Assembly: GCA_033723415.1 (NCBI GenBank)
Contig: JAWVXD010000001.1
Location: forward strand, 32,001-96,000
Length of the DNA stretch: 64,000 nt
Direction: 5' to 3'
DNA from: Sulfurospirillaceae bacterium
GTDB lineage: Bacteria; Campylobacterota; Campylobacteria; Campylobacterales; Sulfurospirillaceae
The position numbers and the translations under genes were made by a program. Under the pieces are notes generated by a model. That model searched no databases and was not told the DNA's origin. It worked only from the letters and a program-made list of their open reading frames with translations. Shown here piece by piece: positions 52,138 through 61,903 of this stretch; the stretch's first letter is position 1, and every line of letters begins with the position of its first letter.

Positions 52138-53991
52138 TTAGTCATAAGATCGCTTTAATCGAGCAACTCTATTGATTTGAGTCAATATTGATACATTCCT
52201 TTGTTCTTGATCTTTTGAACTAGTTTTATCTTCAATAAACTCCGAAAGGCTTTGAAATGCTGGAAATTTTTGCATTGCTTTTTTGGTACCTACTGTAGAG
52301 AGTTTTTTTACAGAACCTAAAAGTGGAATTATTATCCCTAGTCCATCTTCACCTAAATCCAAGAGATGCTTAGTAACATTTTTTTCGCTTAATGCTTTTT
52401 CAACTTCTGTATTGTAGATAGAGATTCTTTTATTTCTTTCATCTATTTCCAATAAAGACAATTCAGAAAATAATGAATTCATACCATTACGAATAACACT
52501 ACTTGAAATTTCATCTTCAAAATCGTGAATAGGAATATAGTCATTGACATCGAATGATGAAATCAAATCTATACTTAGATTTTTTCGGTGTTGGATATAC
52601 TCTGAATCAAAAATGTTTCCAAGGTTTTCAAGATTTGTTGTTTTAAAAAAGTTAAGCATATTTCCCATTATCAGCGCATATGGATGATCAGAATATTGTT
52701 GTCCATTAATAAAAAAAGGAAAATATGTTGCATCCAAAGCGTGAGCTAAATGAATTTGATCACTATTGACAATAAACTCAAATTCAATTTCTTCTTTATT
52801 CTTTGATGGAAGACCTTCGATTATAGGTTTGTTTACTCCGTATCTTGAAATACCCATCGGACCAGCTTCGTTTAGTGTGTCGAGACTTGCTCTTAACGCT
52901 TGTTTTGGCCAAAGTAAGAAATTGGAAACTGTATTTATGTCTTTACCTGTGATAGTAGCTATCTCTTGAATTAATGGAAATAATAATTTTGTTAATTCTG
53001 GATTACTAAAAAGGTATGATTTATTCATTGCTACTAGATCAATAGCGCATAGTGCGGATAAAGCTCTTCTGCTTACAACCGCTGCAGAGTTCGTTTGAAA
53101 TGCTTCATTCAAAAAGCCATAATCTAATCTTGACTCTGGTTGCATGTTTAAAATAATCAATCTTCCCCGTTCTACAAGATGTAATATTTCAGCCTTACTT
53201 ATTTTCTGATCATGTAAAAAAGTACTCATATCTTCGGCTAGAGGAAGAACACAATAAACAATATCATATAAAAGTAGATGATTTCGTAGATTGGCATTTT
53301 GGAATTTTGAAAAATTTACTAAGCATGATGTTTTATTAGGCTTTATAAAATACAAATCATCTTTTGAAACAGTTCCTTCATATATTCCTTCTACATTGTC
53401 AAACCAAAAACGTTCGTCTCGTTCCAAAAATGTGCAATTCAGTCTTTGTCGTGATTTTGAAGATAGAATATGAAAAACTTCATCTTGAGGTTGAAGGATT
53501 ACCTCTATATCACCCTCTTGTTTGAGTTGAAAAGAATATGGACTTTTCAAAGCATCTAATGTTTTTTGAAGATCATAGTATTCAGTCTCAGTAAGCTTTT
53601 CAATATACTTAACTATGATGGTGTGGTTTTGATGATCTTCGTTGATTCCACTTATTTTGATTTTAGGGTGTATAGAAAAAATATGATTATAGATTTGATG
53701 CATTGTTAAAGGAAAACCTTCAAACTTCGATGGTATATCTTTGTCTTCTATGCATTTTAGTTCCGCAGTATAATTACTTGGTTCACGATCTACGAGTTGT
53801 ACAGGGGCAGTTACAAACTTTATTTCATGGTTGAATATCTTTTTCAATTCGAAAAAATCTTTGATGTCCTCAGCTACAAAAATTTGAAACTCAAGATCAT
53901 TTAATTTGAATATTCTTGTATTTATGTATGGATATCTAGATCTAAAATTAAGATCAATTCTTCTACACCATCCATCATATTGCAAAGACAT
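52138..53991 (-). CDS. Hypothetical protein, 617 aa (cassette gene)
   Basis: Long ORF with AAGGGA SD, ends 5 bp before attC; no motif recognised. Confidence 0.75.
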   Translation of the reverse strand: MSLQYDGWCRRIDLNFRSRYPYINTRIFKLNDLEFQIFVAEDIKDFFELKKIFNHEIKFVTAPVQLVDREPSNYTAELKCIEDKDIPSKFEGFPLTMHQIYNHIFSIHPKIKISGINEDHQNHTIIVKYIEKLTETEYYDLQKTLDALKSPYSFQLKQEGDIEVILQPQDEVFHILSSKSRQRLNCTFLERDERFWFDNVEGIYEGTVSKDDLYFIKPNKTSCLVNFSKFQNANLRNHLLLYDIVYCVLPLAEDMSTFLHDQKISKAEILHLVERGRLIILNMQPESRLDYGFLNEAFQTNSAAVVSRRALSALCAIDLVAMNKSYLFSNPELTKLLFPLIQEIATITGKDINTVSNFLLWPKQALRASLDTLNEAGPMGISRYGVNKPIIEGLPSKNKEEIEFEFIVNSDQIHLAHALDATYFPFFINGQQYSDHPYALIMGNMLNFFKTTNLENLGNIFDSEYIQHRKNLSIDLISSFDVNDYIPIHDFEDEISSSVIRNGMNSLFSELSLLEIDERNKRISIYNTEVEKALSEKNVTKHLLDLGEDGLGIIIPLLGSVKKLSTVGTKKAMQKFPAFQSLSEFIEDKTSSKDQEQRNVSILTQINRVARLKRSYD

Positions 53992-54212
53992 TTAATCCCT
54001 TTATGAACTTAACTATTTATTAACACCATTATTATAGTTATATCATACTTAAATTAGCTCTAAACTCAACGATATGTCATATTTTAACCATATATGCAAT
54101 GTTTAGTATACTATTTGGCTCAGATAAACTACAATTTTATGATAAAAAGACATCATAGGATATAGGAAATATTTTGCAAACAGTATAAAAAAGCAATCCT
54201 TGTCTTTATGAT

Positions 54213-54293
54213 TCTAATACAACTTCCCAAACAAATCTACATGAAGTAGATAGACTCTCAGATCAAACTCTACTTGATGGTGGTTTTTTGCAT
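54213..54293 (-). pseudogene. Duplicated 3' end of the YgjP-like gene (direct repeat of 57953-58034)
   Basis: First 48 bp identical, then one mismatch and 18 more identical bases, then decaying similarity. Confidence 0.9.
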
Positions 54294-54592
54294 TTCAAGT
54301 AACACACAAAAGGCGAAGATCATTGGCAAGCTAGCAAAGCAATTTGAGATGAGAAAATCTCTGTATTGAGGTGAAATATAGAATTTAGTATACTCTTCTG
54401 GTGACTATTTTAGGTTGGATATTGCAAAGTTTACATCAATATGATAGAATATAAGTTATTGCGGTTAATTTTGCTACTCAATAAAAATTTCTAAGTACAG
54501 TGAAGTGCAAAATACAAATAGTTGAATTATAATTGCTTTTTAGGGTCATTCGAAAATTATGTAATGTGAAATACATGCATAAAAGGAGAAAC

Positions 54593-55498
54593 ATGAGAAG
54601 GCGAAATTTTATTATTTTTACTATATTTCTCCCGTTTTATCTCTATGCTCAAAATTACACTATAGCTTTTGTACAAGATACTATGGCAAATGACTTTAGA
54701 AAAGCACAAGTTTATCAGGTTAAAAAAGAACTACAAAAATACAAAAATATAAATTTTGTTTTTAGTGATGCTCTAGGTCAAACTGCACTTTTGATATTTC
54801 AGTTAGATAAATTTATTGATAAAAAAGTTGATGTGATTATTCTAGGTACAAATGATGGAAATGCGGTTGTACCTTCACTGATAAAAGCACAAAGAGCAAA
54901 AATTCCTGTTATAATCCTCGGCAGAGGTGTAGATACAGATAAATATACTACTTTCATAAATTCCGATAATGTCAAAATAGGACAAATGGCTGGTGACTTT
55001 ATCAGTAGAAAACTAGGGGGCAAAGGAACTATCGTGTTGTTTGAAGGAATAAAGACAACAGATATAGCTGTAGATAGGACAAAAGGTTTTGAAGATGTGG
55101 TTTCTCATCGTAAAGGCATCAAAATCATAAAAGTGACAGGTAACTATCTCAGACGCGACGCGATAATAGCGACAGAAAAGCTCATCGCAAAAGGTATCAA
55201 ATTTGATGCTATATTTAGTGAAAGCGACAGTATGTTAAGTGGTGCTAGACTAGCTATGATCAAGCATGGGATTGACCCTAAAAATATCATATCTATTGGA
55301 TGTGGATATATAAATGAAGCTAAAGTGGCTATTGAAGATGGTTTACAAACAGGATCTATAAAATCTCCCCATGCCGGGCAAGAGGCAGCAAAGATCGCTA
55401 TGGACATTATCAATAAAAAAAATGTAAAAAAACATATCTTAATGCCTATAACGTTAATTACAAAAGATAACGTAGACTCTATAAAGCCGATATTTTGA
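54593..55498 (+). CDS. RbsB/LacI-type periplasmic substrate-binding protein
   Basis: AGGAG + ATG at 54593; MRRRNF leader; SDNVKIG...DRTKGF...ESDSM class I binding-protein pattern. Confidence 0.85.
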   Translation: MRRRNFIIFTIFLPFYLYAQNYTIAFVQDTMANDFRKAQVYQVKKELQKYKNINFVFSDALGQTALLIFQLDKFIDKKVDVIILGTNDGNAVVPSLIKAQRAKIPVIILGRGVDTDKYTTFINSDNVKIGQMAGDFISRKLGGKGTIVLFEGIKTTDIAVDRTKGFEDVVSHRKGIKIIKVTGNYLRRDAIIATEKLIAKGIKFDAIFSESDSMLSGARLAMIKHGIDPKNIISIGCGYINEAKVAIEDGLQTGSIKSPHAGQEAAKIAMDIINKKNVKKHILMPITLITKDNVDSIKPIF

Positions 55499-57957
55499 AA
55501 CAGGTCAACTTGAGTATAAAATTAGTAACCTTTAGTGTTGTAGTATCACTAGTAGCATTATTGCTTATTGGAAATTATTTTTATATATTTTTAGATAAAA
55601 ACAGCTACAACAAAGCGAAAAGAGACATCGTACAGATATTTCAACAAGTCAAAAGAGATATGGACAAAGATGCTCAAACATTATCTGATCAGACGCATTT
55701 TCTAGATCATGACAAATCGCTATTGGCTTGTATCTATCTTATAAATAATTATGAAGATATAGAACCATATAATCACATACTACTGGATGAAGAGAAAAAA
55801 ATCATACTCCAACATCTTTTAAAACAAGTTGAGTTTTCTTTTAGTGATTCAATGTATATTTTTGGCAAAAATCGACAATTTATAGCAGGAGTAGAAAAAA
55901 ATGATGGTTTTTATAAGCTCATATTGAGAACAATGATCGATAAAAAATATAAATTTTATACATCAAATGCTATGGATAATAGCTTTATTGTGGATGATAA
56001 TATAACAGAACATATAAAGACAATACACAATGATACATACAAAGATTATAAAGGAGTTTCACCACAAATAACATACAAAATCAGCAATAACAACCTTCTT
56101 ATCACAGCCCACCATTCTTTATTTTCTGATAAAAATAAATATCCTGTTGCTCAAATCGAGATAAGTAAAACTTTAACAAAACTAAATCTACAAAAATACC
56201 TAAATAATAGAAATAATGAAATATACTTCAGTCAAGATAGTATGTATGCAAAAATGGCAAATGATCCAAAAAATCTTGATGACATTAAGATATCTGAAAA
56301 TAGTCAATATTATATTTCATATTTAGACCTTGGCACACAAAACGGCAGGCTATTTTTGGTGGTAAAACAAAATAAACAAGACATAACAAATTTACTTAAG
56401 GACAGTCGATATAACTTTTTGAATCTCTTCTTAGTAGTAGCCTTTTCTCTTACGATGCTGATGTATATTGTTTACAATCGAATACTTATAGAACCTCTTG
56501 AAATCCTAATGAAGAATATTAAAGAAGTAAATAAAAGAAATTTTTCAAAACTAATTCCGGTAAATACTAATGATGAATTAGAAAGCATTGCCTTAAGTGT
56601 TAAGAATCTAGCAAATAACGTAGAATCTACGGAGAAACAACTGGCATATTTAGCAGAACATGATGAATTGACCGGTTTATACAACAGGTATCATTTCAAT
56701 AGAACATTAAAAGAAGCAATCTTTAATATAAAGGAAGGAGAAAACCATCTTGTTCTTATCTTTTTGGATTTAGACCAATTCAAAATGGTAAACGATACCT
56801 TGGGTCACAATATAGGAGATATGCTTCTTGTAGAAGTTTCAAAAAGACTTGAGAACTTACTAAAGGACATAGGTATAGTCTCAAGAATAGGCGGAGATGA
56901 GTTTACAGTTATAGTAGAAAATGTAACAGATGAAAGATATTCTGAAGTGTTAGCAAAAAAAATAAAAAAACTTTTTGAAAATCATTTTAATATCAATGAA
57001 AATTTTATAATGACTTCTGTAAGCATGGGGATTGTGAAAGCACATGATAATCAGATTTCTCCTGAGAGATTATTTAAACACGTCGATCTTGCTCTTTATG
57101 AATCTAAAGAGGCAGGTAGGAACAGATATACATTTTATGAAGTTAGTTTTTCTAGCGAACTACATAAAAAAAGTGCGATGATCAATGAGTTAAAAGAAGC
57201 AATAAAAACGTTTAATGAATTTGAAATTGTCTACCAGCCTAAAGTATCTATGAAAACTGAGCTACCTACAAAAATGGAAGCGCTGGTAAGATGGCATAGC
57301 AAGAAGCTAGGAATCATCTCTCCAACAGAGTTTATACCTCTTGCCGAAGAGTCTGGACTTATCATTGAGCTTGGAAATTGGATTTTACAAAAATCATGTG
57401 AAGATTTTGTAGAGTTGTGTCAACAATATAATCAACTTGAGCAAGTGAGCGTAAATATCTCATCTGTACAGTTGAAACAAAAATTATTTTTAGAACAGAT
57501 AAACGATATTATAAATAAATCTCATATAGACAGAGATAAGTTGGAATTTGAGATAACAGAAAGATATATTGCTACTGATTCACAAGAAGCAATTATTTTG
57601 CTAGAAGATATTAGAAAGATGGGAATCGGCCTGTCTATAGATGATTTTGGTACAGGATATTCATCTTTGAGTTATCTGAAAAAACTTCCAATGACACATA
57701 TTAAGATAGATAAATCATTTGTTGAAGACATGCTTGAGAGTAAAGAGTCAAAATCTATAGTAAAAGCTATTATAGCACTTTCTCATACTTTTGGACTTGA
57801 GTGTACTGCAGAAGGTATCGAAGAAGAAGATGAACTTGAATTTTTGAGAAACAATAAATGTGATTATATTCAAGGGTTTTATTACGCTAAACCTATGAAA
57901 TTAGATGATCTTAAAAGATATCTGGCGCAATTTTTCATAGCCCAAAATAAAGTCTAA
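55495..57957 (+). CDS. Membrane sensor diguanylate cyclase/phosphodiesterase (periplasmic domain-HAMP-GGDEF-EAL)
   Basis: Two TM helices, DELTGLYNR, GGDEF, EAL, DDFGTGYSS. Confidence 0.92.
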   Translation: MKQVNLSIKLVTFSVVVSLVALLLIGNYFYIFLDKNSYNKAKRDIVQIFQQVKRDMDKDAQTLSDQTHFLDHDKSLLACIYLINNYEDIEPYNHILLDEEKKIILQHLLKQVEFSFSDSMYIFGKNRQFIAGVEKNDGFYKLILRTMIDKKYKFYTSNAMDNSFIVDDNITEHIKTIHNDTYKDYKGVSPQITYKISNNNLLITAHHSLFSDKNKYPVAQIEISKTLTKLNLQKYLNNRNNEIYFSQDSMYAKMANDPKNLDDIKISENSQYYISYLDLGTQNGRLFLVVKQNKQDITNLLKDSRYNFLNLFLVVAFSLTMLMYIVYNRILIEPLEILMKNIKEVNKRNFSKLIPVNTNDELESIALSVKNLANNVESTEKQLAYLAEHDELTGLYNRYHFNRTLKEAIFNIKEGENHLVLIFLDLDQFKMVNDTLGHNIGDMLLVEVSKRLENLLKDIGIVSRIGGDEFTVIVENVTDERYSEVLAKKIKKLFENHFNINENFIMTSVSMGIVKAHDNQISPERLFKHVDLALYESKEAGRNRYTFYEVSFSSELHKKSAMINELKEAIKTFNEFEIVYQPKVSMKTELPTKMEALVRWHSKKLGIISPTEFIPLAEESGLIIELGNWILQKSCEDFVELCQQYNQLEQVSVNISSVQLKQKLFLEQINDIINKSHIDRDKLEFEITERYIATDSQEAIILLEDIRKMGIGLSIDDFGTGYSSLSYLKKLPMTHIKIDKSFVEDMLESKESKSIVKAIIALSHTFGLECTAEGIEEEDELEFLRNNKCDYIQGFYYAKPMKLDDLKRYLAQFFIAQNKV

Positions 57958-58445
57958 TACAACTTCCCAAACAAATCTACATGAAGTAGATAGACTCTCA
58001 AATCAAACTCTACTTGATGATAGTTCTTTTGCATCAATTCACAAAATTTATAAAATGCCTTGTTATGTTCTTTTTCTTTAAAGTGAGCGAGTTCGTGCAC
58101 GACTATCATCTCTAAAAACTGAGGTGGCAGCTCTTTGAACATCGTCGCCACTCGTATCTCGTTTTTAGCTTTTAGTTTTCCGCCTTGCACACGTGAGACA
58201 AACGTATGCGTGCCCAGTGCATCGCGCGTGACATTGATCTTGCCATCATATATCACTTTGGCGATTTGGTACTTTTTTAGATACTCGTTTTTCAAATCCA
58301 TCACATAAGCGTAGAGTGCTTTATCTGAAGATATAGAGTGTTTTTCCGGGTATTTTGATGTGAGATACGCTCCAAGTTGGCGTTCGTCTATCAAACTCTG
58401 GATTTGCTCTTGCAATGGTTTTGGGTAGTGGCTTATGTATTTCAT
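57954..58445 (-). CDS. YgjP-like (DUF45/M48) metal-dependent hydrolase
   Basis: VVHELAH...EHNKAFY; SRVQGGKLKAKNEIR. Confidence 0.85.
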   Translation of the reverse strand: MKYISHYPKPLQEQIQSLIDERQLGAYLTSKYPEKHSISSDKALYAYVMDLKNEYLKKYQIAKVIYDGKINVTRDALGTHTFVSRVQGGKLKAKNEIRVATMFKELPPQFLEMIVVHELAHFKEKEHNKAFYKFCELMQKNYHQVEFDLRVYLLHVDLFGKLY

Positions 58446-58519
58446 CGTGACATTATATAATAAAAACGGACTTTATCAACTAGTATCCCTATGCATCCAT
58501 AAATATTAAATGAATTTTT

Positions 58520-58762
58520 CTACAGATGTTTACTGAAATACTCCGTCATATGTTCCACCGTATCTACTTTTGCATAATCAGATTCAGGCACCGCCACTCC
58601 CAGCGTATTATTAAGACCCGTTAGCATGTTGAGGAAATCGAACGAGTCGATCTCCAGTGATCTTTGTATATTTTCATTCTCTAAAATGTCTTCTTCTTCA
58701 TATTCCGGTGCAATCTCGCAGATGGCTGTTTTTATGACTTTTTTTATCTCATCTTTTGTCAT
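58520..58762 (-). CDS. Acyl carrier protein
   Basis: LEIDSFDF phosphopantetheine Ser motif, acidic, 80 aa. Confidence 0.85.
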   Translation of the reverse strand: MTKDEIKKVIKTAICEIAPEYEEEDILENENIQRSLEIDSFDFLNMLTGLNNTLGVAVPESDYAKVDTVEHMTEYFSKHL

Positions 58763-59934
58763 AGTAACTCCTCAGGCTTTTGCAAAATTTGATTGAGTTT
58801 ATCCAAAAACAGTGCTCCAGTACGGCCATCGGTAGCTCTGTGATCTCCGGCTAGTGTTGCTTGCATGACTTTTTGGACAACGAGGGTGTCTCCTTCTACC
58901 CAGGGAGCATTACTGATGCGACCTAATCCAACAAGTGCTACTTGCGGTGGATAGATGACGCCATAGACTCTCTCGACACCGATATCCCCGAGGTTGGTGA
59001 TAACTATGGTCTGCTTTGTCATCTCGGAACTTCGGAGTTTCCCGGAACGCGCTCGTGTGATCAGATCATGTAGCGCTGTCATCGTTTGATCAAGATTTTT
59101 GTTTTGAGCATCTATCAATGCCGGAGTGATCAATCCGCCTTTACGAAGGGCGATAGCGATACCTGGATGAATCTCATCACTGATCTGCAGGGCGTCATCT
59201 TTCCAAAAACCGTTGAGCTCCGGTACTTCTTGCAGCGTTTTTACTACGGCACGGATCACCAGTGCAGTTGAAAGGATACGATCTTTTATACTGCGTTTTT
59301 TGTTTTGTGCTTCAAGCCACTCCAGGGCAGGCGTCATATTGATCGAGATAGAAAGATAATAGTGTGGGATCTCAGCGTTTGAGCGACTCATGGCTTTGGC
59401 TATGGCATGACGCATACCATCGGGTTTGATCTCCTGCGTTTTTGCTGCGGCAGCTTCCACTTGCTCTAAGCCTATTTTCCCATCAGTTTTTGAGGCTAGG
59501 AGTTCTATATCTACACCGAGCTCCCGAGCTTTTTTGCGTGCCGCCGGAGAGATCTTTGCCGTCTCTATGGTGCTTGATTTTGCTTTTCGTTCTTTTAGGG
59601 TTTGTTTCTTCTCATCTTTGGATTGTTCTTTAGATACCTCTTTCTTGTCATTGAGTGTGAGTTCGGCTAGCGCTTTTTCAAGATCCTCTGAACTTTCGTT
59701 TTTTGTGCGTATCAGTGCCAGTGGCATACCCACGGCACATTCGGTTCCGGGTTCGACAAGGATCTTCTCTATGATACCTTCTTCAAAAACTTCTGTCGCG
59801 ATGACTCCCTTACTCGTTTCTACTTCGGCTATGACCTGATCTTTTTTGACATGATCTCCTTCTTTGACTTTCCATTCCATTAAAATTCCCGATTCCATAT
59901 CGGCGCCGAAACTCGGCATTTTAAAAATACTCAT
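58759..59934 (-). CDS. pdhC: Dihydrolipoamide acyltransferase (E2)
   Basis: Lipoyl domain EVETSKG, SPAARK E1/E3-binding domain, DHRATDG. Confidence 0.9.
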   Translation of the reverse strand: MSIFKMPSFGADMESGILMEWKVKEGDHVKKDQVIAEVETSKGVIATEVFEEGIIEKILVEPGTECAVGMPLALIRTKNESSEDLEKALAELTLNDKKEVSKEQSKDEKKQTLKERKAKSSTIETAKISPAARKKARELGVDIELLASKTDGKIGLEQVEAAAAKTQEIKPDGMRHAIAKAMSRSNAEIPHYYLSISINMTPALEWLEAQNKKRSIKDRILSTALVIRAVVKTLQEVPELNGFWKDDALQISDEIHPGIAIALRKGGLITPALIDAQNKNLDQTMTALHDLITRARSGKLRSSEMTKQTIVITNLGDIGVERVYGVIYPPQVALVGLGRISNAPWVEGDTLVVQKVMQATLAGDHRATDGRTGALFLDKLNQILQKPEELL

Positions 59935-60914
59935 GCTTCCTCCATCAATGTATGGACCATGTCAATGATCTTGGCAGGATTTGGAAGGGCTGCTTGTTCT
60001 AAGTGATGTGCATAGGGGATAGGCACTTCAACAGTACAGACACGGCCCATCGGGGCATCCAGTTCATAAAATGCCTGCTCATTGATACGTGCCATGATCT
60101 CAGCGGAAATACTGCCGGATTTCCAGCCTTCATCTACTATCATGACTTTGTGAGTCTTTTTAACCGAAGCCATGATCGTATCATCATCGAGCGGGCGCAG
60201 ACAGCGCAGATCGATCACTTCGGCATCGATTCCTTCTTTTGAAAGAGTCTCTGCCGCTTCGAGTGCTTTGAAGAGATTGATACCATACGCTAGGATGCTG
60301 ATATCTTTACCGGTTCTTTCTACTTTTGCTTTGCCGATAGGTAGCGCCTCGATTTCCGGATCAAATGATCCTTTTGCATTATAAAGTAGGGCATTTTCAA
60401 AGATAAGCACGGGGTCTGGGTCGGATAGTGCCAGATTGACCATGTCATGTGCGTCCTGCACCGTTGCAGGAGTCAGTACCTTGAGACCGGGGATATGTGC
60501 ATACCATCCCTCAAGACTGTGAGAATGCTGTGCTGCCAGTTGTTTGCCTGCACCGGTTGCCATTCGGATGACAAGTGGGACATTGATCTGTCCGGCTGAC
60601 ATATGTAGCAGGGTCGCAGCATTGTTCATGATCTGATCTATTGCCAGCAGGCTGAAATTGACCGTCATAATCTCTATGATGGGACGCATTCCGTTGATCG
60701 CAGCACCGATACCGACTCCTGTAAAACCAGATTCGCACAGTGGTGTATCGATGATACGCTCAGAACCAAATTCTTCCAATAGTCCCATACTCACGGCATA
60801 ACTTCCGCCATAACGGCCGACATCTTCACCTGCCAAAAAAACTCTTTCATCTTTTTTCATCGCATTTTCGATCGCCTTGCGTATCGCTTCGCGATAAGTG
60901 ATTTGTGTTTTCAT
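59931..60914 (-). CDS. pdhB: 2-oxoacid dehydrogenase E1 beta subunit
   Basis: GEDVG, DTPLCE, AQHSHS, IDLR. Confidence 0.92.
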   Translation of the reverse strand: MKTQITYREAIRKAIENAMKKDERVFLAGEDVGRYGGSYAVSMGLLEEFGSERIIDTPLCESGFTGVGIGAAINGMRPIIEIMTVNFSLLAIDQIMNNAATLLHMSAGQINVPLVIRMATGAGKQLAAQHSHSLEGWYAHIPGLKVLTPATVQDAHDMVNLALSDPDPVLIFENALLYNAKGSFDPEIEALPIGKAKVERTGKDISILAYGINLFKALEAAETLSKEGIDAEVIDLRCLRPLDDDTIMASVKKTHKVMIVDEGWKSGSISAEIMARINEQAFYELDAPMGRVCTVEVPIPYAHHLEQAALPNPAKIIDMVHTLMEEA

Positions 60915-61891
60915 TGTATCTCCTCCGGCGAGTAAACAAATTTTTCCAGATCGGATTCATCTTCCCAGGTACCGTTTTCCGCAAAGGCTACGGCATCATC
61001 TATGGTTCGATTGATTTCTTCTTCGATCGCCTTTGTATCGATCTTCGACCAGAGTCCTTTATCTTTTAGTATTTTCTTAAAGGTAACTAAGGGTCCTTTC
61101 TTTTTCCAAGCTTCAACTTCTTTCTTGTCACGATAGAGTTCTGCATCGAACATGGAATGAGCTCGGAATCGATAAGTAAGGCACTCCAAGAAAACCGGTC
61201 CTTTCCCGGCATGGATACGCTTGAGCGATTTTTCGGCAGCATTTGCTACTGCCATAACATCCATACCGTCAACCTGTTGGGCTGACATATTATAACTTTT
61301 GGCTTTCAGTGAGAGGTTAGTCTCTGATTCTGCATATTTTAGAGCCGTACCCATTCCATAAAGGTTGTTTTCACAAACAAAGAGTACTGGAAGCTGCCAG
61401 AGCGCAGCCAGGTTGAGCGCTTCGTGAAATTCTCCCTCTGCAACGGCTCCATCACCAAAGAAACAAACCGTAACACGGTCACGATTCATCCGTTTATCAG
61501 CCAGTGCCATACCTACGGCTAGAGGCAGACCGCCGCCCACGATGGCATAACCTCCAAAGAAGCGTTTTTTAACATCGAAAAGATGCATGGAACCGCCGCG
61601 TCCGTGTGTGCAACCTTCCGCTTTACCGTAAAGTTCTGCCATAACTTCCTTGGCGGAGATTCCCCGTAAAAGGGCTTGTCCGTGTTCACGGTAAGTGGAT
61701 ATGATCGCGTCATCGTCATCCAGGACTTGCATGATCCCCGTCGCGACGGCTTCTTCACCGATATACAGATGCAGAAATCCTCTGATCTTCTCGGCACTAT
61801 AGAGTTCGACGCATTTCTCTTCAAAGCGTCGTATCAAAAGCATTTTTTGGTATAGATCCTTTGCTAGATCCAAGGTAAGTTTCAGACTCAT
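60911..61891 (-). CDS. pdhA: 2-oxoacid dehydrogenase E1 alpha subunit
   Basis: [20 protein letters not shown]...ENN ThDP motif, YRFRAHS. Confidence 0.92.
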   Translation of the reverse strand: MSLKLTLDLAKDLYQKMLLIRRFEEKCVELYSAEKIRGFLHLYIGEEAVATGIMQVLDDDDAIISTYREHGQALLRGISAKEVMAELYGKAEGCTHGRGGSMHLFDVKKRFFGGYAIVGGGLPLAVGMALADKRMNRDRVTVCFFGDGAVAEGEFHEALNLAALWQLPVLFVCENNLYGMGTALKYAESETNLSLKAKSYNMSAQQVDGMDVMAVANAAEKSLKRIHAGKGPVFLECLTYRFRAHSMFDAELYRDKKEVEAWKKKGPLVTFKKILKDKGLWSKIDTKAIEEEINRTIDDAVAFAENGTWEDESDLEKFVYSPEEIQ

Positions 61892-61903
61892 CTGTTACTC
61901 CTT

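Larger units (their letters stand above)
50495..54013 (-). mobile_element. Integron gene-cassette array with no integrase in the window (CALIN-like): three gene cassettes plus a gene-less mini-cassette
   Basis: Two full attC sites; each cassette's 5' core is complementary to its own inverse core. Confidence 0.8.

Noticed and set aside
54213..58034. Repeat pair as a DGR template/variable repeat
   Set aside because: The RT is retron-like, the mismatches are few, the copies differ in length by one base, and the copy is simply the 3' end of an ordinary gene.
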